The notes under the pieces: generated by a model
The model's database searches: none
Told to the model about the DNA's origin: nothing
What the model saw: the letters and a program-made list of their open reading frames with translations, nothing else
Source: Candidatus Obscuribacteraceae bacterium
GTDB lineage: Bacteria > Cyanobacteriota > Vampirovibrionia > Obscuribacterales > Obscuribacteraceae
Length of the DNA: 64,000 bases
Assembly: GCA_044226015.1 (NCBI GenBank)
Contig: JBGAHS010000002.1
Span: 256,001 to 320,000 of the forward strand
Direction of reading: 5' to 3'
In this document: positions 49,393 to 58,800 of the stretch, in pieces
How the letters are laid out: the number at the start of each line of letters is the position of its first letter
Position numbering within the stretch: position 1 is the first letter of the stretch
Position numbers and translations under genes: made by a program

Positions 49393-52188
49393 TTGAGCGA
49401 AGAGCACCCACAGCAAGAAAACGAAGCAGCCCTGCCGCGAATAGAATATGGGCTTATCAAGGCACATGGCATCGCAGCTCTTGCGGCGGTGGTTATTTCG
49501 GGACTGTTTGGACTTTTCATTGCCACAAAAATGCATATGCCAGATATGGCCGGAACTCATGCATGGTCAAGCTGGGGACGACTTCGCTTCGACCACACAC
49601 AGGGCATATTTTTTGGATGGCTGGGAAATGCGTTTCTCATGTTTCTCTATCACATCGTGCCCCGCCTGAGCAATCGTGAAGTATTCAGCAAAAAGTTAGG
49701 CTGGTTCATATTTGCAGTTTGGAACTTTGCAATCTTGATTCCCGGATGGATATTATGCTTGATGGGACAAAGTCAGTCTCTGGAATGGGCAGAGTTTCCA
49801 CTTGTCATAGACATATTCGTTGTAGCAGGCATGGCACTCGCCACGCTTCAATTCGTTCAACCTCTTTTGAGCAACGCTTCACTATCAAAACTATACGTTT
49901 CAGGTTGGTACATCATCGGTGGACTCATATTCACCCTGCTCGCTTATCCATTAGGAAATTTCGTACCACAATTGGTTTCTGGGGCAAAAGGTGCAGCCTT
50001 CAGCGGACTATGGATTCACGATGCAGTAGGTCTTTTTGTTACACCGCTTGCGCTAGCGATCTCTTACTGGGTCATTCCGGCAGTCACCCGCCGCCCAATC
50101 TTCAGCCATTTCCTCTCGATGATAGGATTTTGGCTTTTGTTCTTTGTATATCCTCTTAACGGCACGCACCACTACGTATATTCGTCAATTCCAATGGAAA
50201 CACAAGTCGCAGCGGTTACGGCATCTGCGATTTTAGGCATCGACGTAATTCTGGTAGTCACAAACCTTCTGCTTTCAATGAAGGGCGCAGCTAAAGAATC
50301 TATGGATGACACACCGCTGCGCTACGTTTTAACAGGAACATTCTTCTATTTAATTGTAAGCCTGCAGGGCTCTCTACAAGCATTGATGCCTATCAACAAG
50401 CTAGTTCATTTTAGCGATTGGGTAATAGGGCACGCGCACCTCGCGATGGTAGGTTTTGCTAGTTTCACCGTAATTGGTGGCATGGGTCATATCTGGCAGC
50501 GAATTCCAGAGGCAAAGTTCAACGCAGGTTTGTACCGAGCTTCGTACTGGCTGATTTTTATCGGGATGCTAGTGATGGTAGGCGAGCTGACTCTTGCAGG
50601 TCTCGTCGAAGCTAATATCTGGCAAGGAGCACAACCGTGGATTGAGTCGGTGCGAGCAGTTAAGCAATACTGGCTGGTCAGGACGGGCAGCGGCGCAATC
50701 TTGTTAATCGGTTTCCTGCATTTGTGCTTCGCATTCTGCTCTGGCAAGAAAACCGAAAGCAGTGTTTCATCAATTTCAACACAAGAAGAAAATGCAGCAA
50801 GCAAGGATGAACAGCTTGCGCAAAAACCAGCGCCTGTTTTGAACATGGCCTATTTGTCAGCTTCAATTGCAGGCGTGGGCTTCTTTCTTATGTCTTTCAG
50901 CTTGCTTGGAATAGCTCCTGGTTTGGCTATCGAAAGTGACGTGAAGAAAACAAAACCAAAGACGATGATTCCGCTTACGGCTAGCGAAGAACATGGACGT
51001 GAGGTATACGCTCGCGAAGGATGCGCTTATTGCCACACGCAGCAGGTCAGAAAAGTAGAATCTGACGCCGAAAGATTTGGTATGCCAACCCGGTCATGGG
51101 AAACAGTTTATGATTACCCGCAACTCTGGGGCACCCGAAGAATAGGACCAGACCTGGCAAGGGAGTCTTCAGTTCGCACAGATGACTGGCAATTAGCTCA
51201 CCTATATAACCCCCGATTAATTGTAAGCGATTCTGTCATGCCGCCTTATCCCTGGTTGTTCGACGGTTCAATCGACAAACCTAATAAGGATGGCCGGGAC
51301 TTACTTGCATACATCAAATCGCTAGGTCGTGCGCGCGAGCTTTCAGGAATAGAAGGGCAACCGGTTCCCGAGTATTGTCAATGCTCAGATGACGTAAAAA
51401 AACTCGAAACCACACCAATAGGATTTAACGCAAACGCCAGCAAAGCCAGACGAACAGGACCTCCCATTCAATTGTCGATGCCTACAGATGCTGCTGTGCT
51501 CAGCACTACGGTGAAAAGAGGCGAAACTCTGTTCGCACAGAACTGCGCTTCATGCCATGGAGCCGAAGGACGTGGAGACGGCAAAGTTGCAGCAAACCTG
51601 ATGCCCGCACCTGCGAACCTGAGAATCAAGAAGCTTTCAGCGGCACGCATCAGCTTCGTGCTTGAGAATGGTGTTTATGGAACGTCCATGCCGGCCTGGC
51701 GTGATATGGCTCACGATGATTTGGTCAGCCTTGCCAGCTACGTAAGCACTCTTTCTGACAAGGCACCATCGATTTCGATGCCGGTCACCGATATGACGAC
51801 AACACTCTTCAAAAAGAATTGCGCCAGCTGTCACGGCACCGCTGGTGGTGGCGATGGACCAGCAGCGGGAGCAATGGCTCCCGTACCGACAAACTTCCAC
51901 CTGGTGAAGCCTAGCATTGCACGAGCGCTCATGGTAATCAACGACGGCATTCCAGGAACGTCCATGCCACCCTGGAAAGACCAACTTTCTCTGCCCGAAA
52001 GAGCAATGCTCGCTTCTTACGTTTCGTCCATGTATAAAGAAGAAGGAACTTCCAAAGCGAAGGCAGAAGGCACAAGCAAATCAGAAGGCAGCACTAAGCC
52101 AGAAGCAACTACTAAACCAGAAGGCACAACTATCTCAGAAGCCACTATTGATACCGCAACTGGCACAAAACCTGAGGTAAGAAAATGA
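49393..52188 (+). CDS. Fused C-family (cbb3-like) heme-copper oxidase: CcoN + CcoO + two cytochrome c domains
   Basis: WGRLRFDHTQ, WIHDAVG, YPLNGTHHY and WVIGHAH (six His ligands). CcoO motifs EGCAYCHTQQVR, WGTRRIGPDL and SVMPPY. Two further CASCH motifs. Confidence 0.9.
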   Translation: MSEEHPQQENEAALPRIEYGLIKAHGIAALAAVVISGLFGLFIATKMHMPDMAGTHAWSSWGRLRFDHTQGIFFGWLGNAFLMFLYHIVPRLSNREVFSKKLGWFIFAVWNFAILIPGWILCLMGQSQSLEWAEFPLVIDIFVVAGMALATLQFVQPLLSNASLSKLYVSGWYIIGGLIFTLLAYPLGNFVPQLVSGAKGAAFSGLWIHDAVGLFVTPLALAISYWVIPAVTRRPIFSHFLSMIGFWLLFFVYPLNGTHHYVYSSIPMETQVAAVTASAILGIDVILVVTNLLLSMKGAAKESMDDTPLRYVLTGTFFYLIVSLQGSLQALMPINKLVHFSDWVIGHAHLAMVGFASFTVIGGMGHIWQRIPEAKFNAGLYRASYWLIFIGMLVMVGELTLAGLVEANIWQGAQPWIESVRAVKQYWLVRTGSGAILLIGFLHLCFAFCSGKKTESSVSSISTQEENAASKDEQLAQKPAPVLNMAYLSASIAGVGFFLMSFSLLGIAPGLAIESDVKKTKPKTMIPLTASEEHGREVYAREGCAYCHTQQVRKVESDAERFGMPTRSWETVYDYPQLWGTRRIGPDLARESSVRTDDWQLAHLYNPRLIVSDSVMPPYPWLFDGSIDKPNKDGRDLLAYIKSLGRARELSGIEGQPVPEYCQCSDDVKKLETTPIGFNANASKARRTGPPIQLSMPTDAAVLSTTVKRGETLFAQNCASCHGAEGRGDGKVAANLMPAPANLRIKKLSAARISFVLENGVYGTSMPAWRDMAHDDLVSLASYVSTLSDKAPSISMPVTDMTTTLFKKNCASCHGTAGGGDGPAAGAMAPVPTNFHLVKPSIARALMVINDGIPGTSMPPWKDQLSLPERAMLASYVSSMYKEEGTSKAKAEGTSKSEGSTKPEATTKPEGTTISEATIDTATGTKPEVRK

Positions 52189-52337
52189 GCATGCTATTCA
52201 TTCTTGCAGCAGTTTTAGCATTTGTATGTGTCTTTTGCTTACTATTCACACGAAAGAATTTCCGAATTCAGTTCGAAGAACCTAAGTACCAGATGCTAAA
52301 GACTGAGCAGCGCTACGACTCCCAAGTCAAAAGGTAG
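52185..52337 (+). CDS. 50-aa single-TM peptide, CcoS/CcoQ-like oxidase accessory
   Basis: ATGA overlap with the oxidase stop; MSMLFILAAVLAFVCVFCLLFTRKNFRIQFEEPKYQMLKTEQRYDSQVKR. Confidence 0.7.
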   Translation: MSMLFILAAVLAFVCVFCLLFTRKNFRIQFEEPKYQMLKTEQRYDSQVKR

Positions 52338-52454
52338 TCGAATAAATCTATAGCTGGCGTTACTCGCCAAGCAACCAGACTATCGTCATTGAGAATTTAT
52401 CTCATGGCTCGCGCTGGTGGGTACAAAGGTATGTGTAAAAGAGGATCCACGAGA

Positions 52455-53111
52455 ATGAACACAATAGTCAAAGTCAGGCTTCTCTCAGTCCTGGCAATTT
52501 TTTCGCTGAACACTGCAGTGCTAGCGCAAGAAGAAGGCAAAATACCAAGCGCTCCAGGCGATATGCCTCCAGACGTACAGGAATTTTCCAGCACGACAAG
52601 AACAGAAAGCTCGAGTTCTTCAAACAGCGTAAGTTCAAGCTCGAGTTCAACATCTAGTTCAAGTTCTTCAAACACAAATTCAAGCAACTCAAACACAACA
52701 AGCGAAACTATAAACCCTGATATTCGCCCTCAAAGCAAGAGTTCTTCAAGCACCAGCTTCAGTGTCACCAGAAAATTCGTTCCGAAATTCAAAGAACGCC
52801 TAAATGACCTGGCAGAACAGGTAAAGATGGCACTAAGCAAAGGCTGGATAAATGCCGATGAGTCCGCAAAGTTTATGGAACGTCAGACAAAATTACTCGC
52901 AGAAGAAGCGGAAGCCAACAAGCAGGGATACCCTAAAGCTGCAGTCGACAACCTCGAAAAGGAAGTGACCTTACTCAATGGCGACCTTTTTAAGGCGATG
53001 CATAAAACAGACCCGGTCAAGCCTGGTCCTGCGGACAAGGAAGTAAACGATCCCAACCTGATACCTGCATATCCTGACCCTGAGCTACAACCAAATAGTG
53101 GCACAAAGTGA
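52455..53111 (+). CDS. Secreted Ser-rich hypothetical protein
   Basis: RBS GAGGA, signal peptide ending VLA, poly-Ser tract, helical domain. Confidence 0.75.
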   Translation: MNTIVKVRLLSVLAIFSLNTAVLAQEEGKIPSAPGDMPPDVQEFSSTTRTESSSSSNSVSSSSSSTSSSSSSNTNSSNSNTTSETINPDIRPQSKSSSSTSFSVTRKFVPKFKERLNDLAEQVKMALSKGWINADESAKFMERQTKLLAEEAEANKQGYPKAAVDNLEKEVTLLNGDLFKAMHKTDPVKPGPADKEVNDPNLIPAYPDPELQPNSGTK

Positions 53112-53174
53112 GTTGGCTGTTTATCTAAGAAAAGACTTTGAACAGTAGATGCACAACAGTAAATGCACAAAGTA

Positions 53175-54164
53175 CTATTCGGCTATTGCAATTCCTGCGC
53201 TGGCTAGCTTACGCTTTATTTCGGGAAGAGCTGCTTTCGCTGCTGCGACACCAGCCTCGATACCATGCTTACCATCGCCTTTTTTAAAAGAAACGAGGCT
53301 GATTCCCGTAGTATCTGGATGAATCACAATATCTGCTTTAGCAGAGCTCGGCTCATCGAATGCCGCAAGTTGAATTCTCAGGGCTTGTTTTCCCATAGAA
53401 CCAAGTGCGCGGAAATCGCTTATCGGGCGGTCCTTTAATTGCTCATCTATATTTACGGCAATTACAAAGTCTGCTCCCATTTCTCGAGCATGATTTACTG
53501 GTACGTTGTTGATTACGCCACCATCGCAATAAAGTTTTTCGCCGATTTGTACAGGTTTTCGCAGCTCGGGAACAGCGGTGCTGGCGCTCATTGCCTCCCC
53601 AAGATCACCTTCCGTCAACCGGCAACTCTTTCCAGTTACCACATCAGTAACGACCGCCGCATAAGGAATGTTCAACTGCTCGATTCGTTTTTTGCCAATC
53701 GTTTTGTGCACATAATCTCGGAATTTACCTTCAAAATAAAGTCCATCATAAGGCTTGTAGCCGAGCATTCTCATAGCCATTCTGGGCGGCAACATTGTCA
53801 TCTGCAAAATGGGGCGGGATGCAAATTCTTTTGTGAAGGTATTTTTCTCAAAGACACTAGCAAGATCTTCAATAGACATGCCAGATGCATAGAAGCCGCC
53901 AACGACAGAGCCAATGCTGGTGCCCGCAATGATGTCGATAGGAATATGTTCTTCTTTTAAGACTTTCAAAACTCCGACGTGCGACGAGCCACGAGAGCCG
54001 CCACCGCCAAGAGCAAGGCCCACTCTGGGTCTGCCTGAAGCTGTGCTGGCAGCCTTAGCAGGGTTCTCAGAAGCGCCAATTCCTTGTGCATCAGCTGGCA
54101 ACGCCATCGTGCCAATACTTGCCAGAATAGCAAATGACAAAATTAGTAGAGCAGTTTTGCGCAT
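53175..54164 (-). CDS. Secreted patatin-like phospholipase
   Basis: LALGGGGSRG, GTSIG and DGGV motifs; signal peptide from MRKTALL. Confidence 0.9.
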   Translation of the reverse strand: MRKTALLILSFAILASIGTMALPADAQGIGASENPAKAASTASGRPRVGLALGGGGSRGSSHVGVLKVLKEEHIPIDIIAGTSIGSVVGGFYASGMSIEDLASVFEKNTFTKEFASRPILQMTMLPPRMAMRMLGYKPYDGLYFEGKFRDYVHKTIGKKRIEQLNIPYAAVVTDVVTGKSCRLTEGDLGEAMSASTAVPELRKPVQIGEKLYCDGGVINNVPVNHAREMGADFVIAVNIDEQLKDRPISDFRALGSMGKQALRIQLAAFDEPSSAKADIVIHPDTTGISLVSFKKGDGKHGIEAGVAAAKAALPEIKRKLASAGIAIAE

Positions 54165-54373
54165 GAAACACCTCTTGGTTCCATTGAAGAATAGCGTATG
54201 AAAGCTTAGCTTGGATCTGCCATCTCCGATGTAAAGCGCCCCAAGTCGTTCACGTTTTCCCGATTTGCCGCATACGATGAGCATCAACGGAAGATCGCCT
54301 AACTGGTAAATCCTGTTAAAGGAAATGTGACTGTAGCAAGTAAATGACTCATGATTTGCTGTTTAATTGGTAA

Positions 54374-55729
54374 GTGTTTTGCGGGAAAAGGCACACAAGC
54401 AAGTATGCGAGAATTGACTTGCGTCTTTGGGTAAAGTTAAAAGACACCGTAAATGAAAGGAAGTTTGTTTTGCTGAGTCAATTTCGAAATGCACATCTCC
54501 CCTTCGTTTTATTTTTCCTTTCAAGCGCCTTAGCTCTCAGTTGCTCCAGCAGTTTTGCTGATGATGGAAATCCAGATGCGGCAAGTTCTGACAGCGCGAA
54601 TGCGGCAAATGCAGAAGACAACAGCTACAGCACAGATGACTCAAAGAGTCCTGACAATAAAAAAGGGTCTGCCGGTACAGACAAGAACGAACGTCGTTTT
54701 TCGAAGGATCTGTCTCAGTTCGAAATGAGATTTTTCGAAAAAAAATATCAAGACGAGAACGACAGCCAAAGGCTAGATCGCATTGAGCGATTAGTTTACG
54801 GTAAAAGACAACAAGGCGACAGTTTGTCTCGAATAGAGAGGCTTCTTCAAGATGTTCCACATCTTGGCGATGGGCTGCCTAAATCTGACCCGGCGGTCGC
54901 TGCGGTTGACAAAAGCGCAGCGGACAAGACTCAGGAAGCAGCAAAAAAGAAAACGGATGAAAGTCCCAGTACCTCTACCAATGGCAGCCAAACAACAGCC
55001 GTTTCTCCGCAATCCGACACTACTATTCCTGTAGCAGAAGAACCACCTGTCACGACGTTTTCCAATCCGTATCAATCTCGCTCATTGGTCAGCGAAGTCG
55101 CAAATCTCGAGCAGCAGGTCTACGGAAAGCAATATGCAGGAGACACGTTAATCGATAGAGTTCGTCGACTGGAAAAGACGATTTACCCCGGACAGACACC
55201 ACAATCGTTCATGCCTATCACTACCAGAATTAACCGACTCATGATGGCGTTACAACCGAAATTCTCCGCGCCGACTTCCGTTTACACAACGCCATCATCT
55301 AACGAAACCGTCAATTCGGGATACCCAGCAACCGCACCAAACTATTACTCAACATGCCAACTGCCAGCAAAGACAAACTACTACCCCGACCAATCTTATA
55401 GTGCAAACTCTAATTACGATTATTCAGGCGGAAAAAATCCATACGGCAACTCAACTTATGATGCAGGACAGTTCAGCAATGCCACCGCCACTAATACCAG
55501 CAAAGAAGAACAAAAGCCCAAAACAAAAGGGCATCCATTTTTGCACAAGCTTGGACATTTCCTGGGAGAGGTAGGTGAGGCAGCAGCGGTGACTGCAGGG
55601 TCGATCGCGGCAGGTAGTATGATGGGCTATGGCTATGGTGGCTACGGCTATGGCTACCCGGGCTTCGGCTACGGCTATGGAATGCCTTACGGCGGTTTTG
55701 GCGGGCGCCCTTTTATGGGCTACTGGTAA
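54374..55729 (+). CDS. Secreted hypothetical protein with repeated R..RLE..(V/I)YG units and a Gly/Tyr-rich tail
   Basis: QRLDRIERLVYG, ANLEQQVYG and DRVRRLEKTIYPG; C-terminal GYGYGG tract. The true start is probably near 54470. Confidence 0.75.
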   Translation: MFCGKRHTSKYARIDLRLWVKLKDTVNERKFVLLSQFRNAHLPFVLFFLSSALALSCSSSFADDGNPDAASSDSANAANAEDNSYSTDDSKSPDNKKGSAGTDKNERRFSKDLSQFEMRFFEKKYQDENDSQRLDRIERLVYGKRQQGDSLSRIERLLQDVPHLGDGLPKSDPAVAAVDKSAADKTQEAAKKKTDESPSTSTNGSQTTAVSPQSDTTIPVAEEPPVTTFSNPYQSRSLVSEVANLEQQVYGKQYAGDTLIDRVRRLEKTIYPGQTPQSFMPITTRINRLMMALQPKFSAPTSVYTTPSSNETVNSGYPATAPNYYSTCQLPAKTNYYPDQSYSANSNYDYSGGKNPYGNSTYDAGQFSNATATNTSKEEQKPKTKGHPFLHKLGHFLGEVGEAAAVTAGSIAAGSMMGYGYGGYGYGYPGFGYGYGMPYGGFGGRPFMGYW

Positions 55730-55836
55730 TAGTGAATTTTTGTCAGATTATGCAGCCCCAGTTCAGTTGTTGATTCCCCTTGACCCATTTACAGGGTACA
55801 TGCTAGGTATGGATCACACCGACCAGGAATCCCACA

Positions 55837-58800
55837 CTGCGTTCATCTTCATACTACTCTCTGGCCGCGCTCTCAGCCTTAGTTTTGCTGATCTTACCGA
55901 CAGCAAAAGCCAGGGCGCAAAGCGCTGCAAATTACAATCTCGGCTCAGCGGCACGAACCAGAGCAGCAGGGCTCAGCCAGGGACAGAGCGTCAACATCAC
56001 GCGCGCTGGACAGTCGGTAACTATTAGGGCTGGAAGCCTATTGACACCAGCAGAGAAGGTGGCTTTAACTCAGGTTTTGTCGTCTGGACAACAATCTCTT
56101 ATATTGAATGCACGAGGTATGGCGATTGGTGGACAGTTCAGTTCTACCGACCTTTCTTCGAATATAGGCAACCTCGGTGTGCCGCAGGGAGTGACAGGCT
56201 ATCTCAACTTCAGCCAGCAAAATTCATTGAGTTTGAGCGGAAATTTGCTCAACAATGGCAGCCTGTATGCGTTTTCCAGTAACCCAGGCAATGCGACTGG
56301 AAGCATCAGCGCTAATAACATAGTCAATTATGCCAACGCTTTGATTTCATCAAATTTGAACAGCGCATTTGCAAGCAGCACAGGTGCCTTGCCAAATTTC
56401 AATTTGATTTTACACGCGGTCAACAACATTACCAATCACGGCGTGATTTCCAGCTCAGGCTCTTTAACTTTGTCGGCTGGCAGTTCGTTAATCAACACCC
56501 CGCAAACACTCACTCAAACAACCCAAACTCTAATTCAAGCTCAAAACAACCTGAACATAATCACAAGCTCAATAATCAATTCGGGAAATTTGACCTCGCT
56601 TGCGTCAAACATTAACGTAAGCTCGTCTCTCCAAAAACTCGACTTCAATAATAATTCCGGAGTAGTGAGTGCGATTCTCGGAGACATTAACGTAAGCAAT
56701 CTTTCCAGCTCTGCCTTAGCATCGTTGAATCTTCAGGGTGGGAATTTTTACTCTCAATCACTCAATCTCTCAGCTGCTAGCGGTGCGGTAGAGGCAAATC
56801 TGGGTGAAGTGAGCGGTTGGATCAACGTAAACGCATGCAAGGCGAACGTTGGCGCCGCGACAGACAATCTGAAACTGGGAAACCTGAACATAACCGGTGA
56901 CCCTACGTTTTTTAATTCAGCAGGAACCCTTACCTTATCAAACCTCAGTAATACCTCAGGAAACGCTCTGGCATTGATAGCAAGCCATGACGTCATCGTC
57001 AGTGCCGGTACAATCGACACAACAAATCCACTCGGCGGAAATGGTGGCAACCTCACCATCATTGCTGGTGCCAACATCACTGGCGGAAGCAGTGGTTCAA
57101 ATGACACGACAACAACCCTTACTATCACTGGTCCCTCAGCAACGGGTGGGGCCATTGACACATCAGGTGTGAGTTCCATTAATACCAGCGGAACTTTGAC
57201 AACAACCAACCACGGCGGAAACGGTGGCAATGTTTTTATTGCTGCTTTCAGTGGTACTAAATCAGGAACCCTTGAACCTGGCACAGTCAACCTGGGAAGC
57301 AGCGGCTACATCAATACCGCTGGTGGTGGCAGTGATTTCACAAGCAGCGGACGAGTCACCATCATGGCTGGAGCAACAGCCGACCCCGCATCTGGAGCAG
57401 CAATTGTCCTTCCAGCCATTTATACAGCGACAGACCCTGTTTACTCTCAATCAAGTTCATCAGGCGGCAACGTCACGATATCGACAGCAACGCCTGTTGT
57501 TTCAGGTACTGTCACCATATTAAATGGAGCCATGGGCGGTACAGGAAGTATCACAGCAGGAACAACACAAAACACAAGCGTTTCCATTGCATCAAGAGGT
57601 GGCGGCGCAAGCATCGAGGTTCAGCCGACTCTGGCACAATGGCAGATAGACATAATCACGCAGGCGCTCAACATTGTTAACGCCCAAAGATTAGCGGAAG
57701 ACCCGTCACTGCCAGCACTTCAATATAGCGCTGGGCTCAGCGCCGTGGCCAGCCAGCAGGCTTCCTATTTAGCACAAACTGGACACCTTGGTCATTTCAG
57801 CACACTAGGGGAAACGCCAACAAACAGAGCTACAGTTATAGGCTTATCCACTTCCGGATGCTGCGCGGAGAATGCAGGGTTCGCTTCTGGTTACACAATT
57901 TTGGACGGATTCAATGTCGTCAACGACATGATGTTCGCAGAACCCAATACCAGTGGCACCCACCACTTCAACTTAGTGGGAACAAGCGCCAGCCACAATA
58001 ATTACGCTGGTTTCGGATTTGCAACTAATGGCTCGTCGATGTACTTCGTAACTGATTTTTCCAGAAACGACCCAGGAGCTGGCAAGACCAACATCAACAG
58101 CACTCCAATCTTGGGTGGGCTCGGTGGTGCACCAGGCAACACACCAGTACCACCCGTAGTATCAGGCAGCAACAACACTGTTCGTGCAATAGGTGCTAAT
58201 AATTATTTGCCCACCAGCATCATAAGCAACGGAAACGTTTCAATTACAGCCGGAAAAGATCTTACTGCAACAGGCTCTATAATAACGAACGGGCAAAACG
58301 GTATTCAATCTAGCTCAGGTAGCCCAAGAAATGCTACGAACGCGGGAAACATCAGCATAACAGCTGGAAATAATGTAAGCCTGTTCAATCTACAAGCAGG
58401 CGGGGGAATTGGAGCGACTTCTAACTCAGCAAATAAAGGCGCAGGTGGTGCTGGTGGCAGCATCAACGTTAGCTCTAGCAACGGAAGCATAAGCATTCTG
58501 CCTCTCAATACCGCATGTTCACCTTGCATAGCCGTCGCCGCACAAGGTGGTGCTGGCGGAGCCGCGATGGCTAGTGGACTCAGCGGAGGCAAGGGCGGCG
58601 ATGGCGGCACAGTCACGCTGACAGCTAACAATGGAAATATAAATCTAACAGCAATCGAAGTTGGCGGTGGCGGTGGCGCAGGCGGAGCAGGTGGTAGCAC
58701 AGGTGGTGCCGGTGGTGCTGGTGGCAAGGGTGGCAACATCACACTTTCTGCAAGCACAATCACAATACAAGACTACATTTCAGCCTCTGGCGGTGGTGGC

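Noticed and set aside
55629..56027. 132-aa plus-strand ORF bridging two genes
   Set aside because: Out-of-frame overlap of the Gly/Tyr tail and the start of the giant gene.
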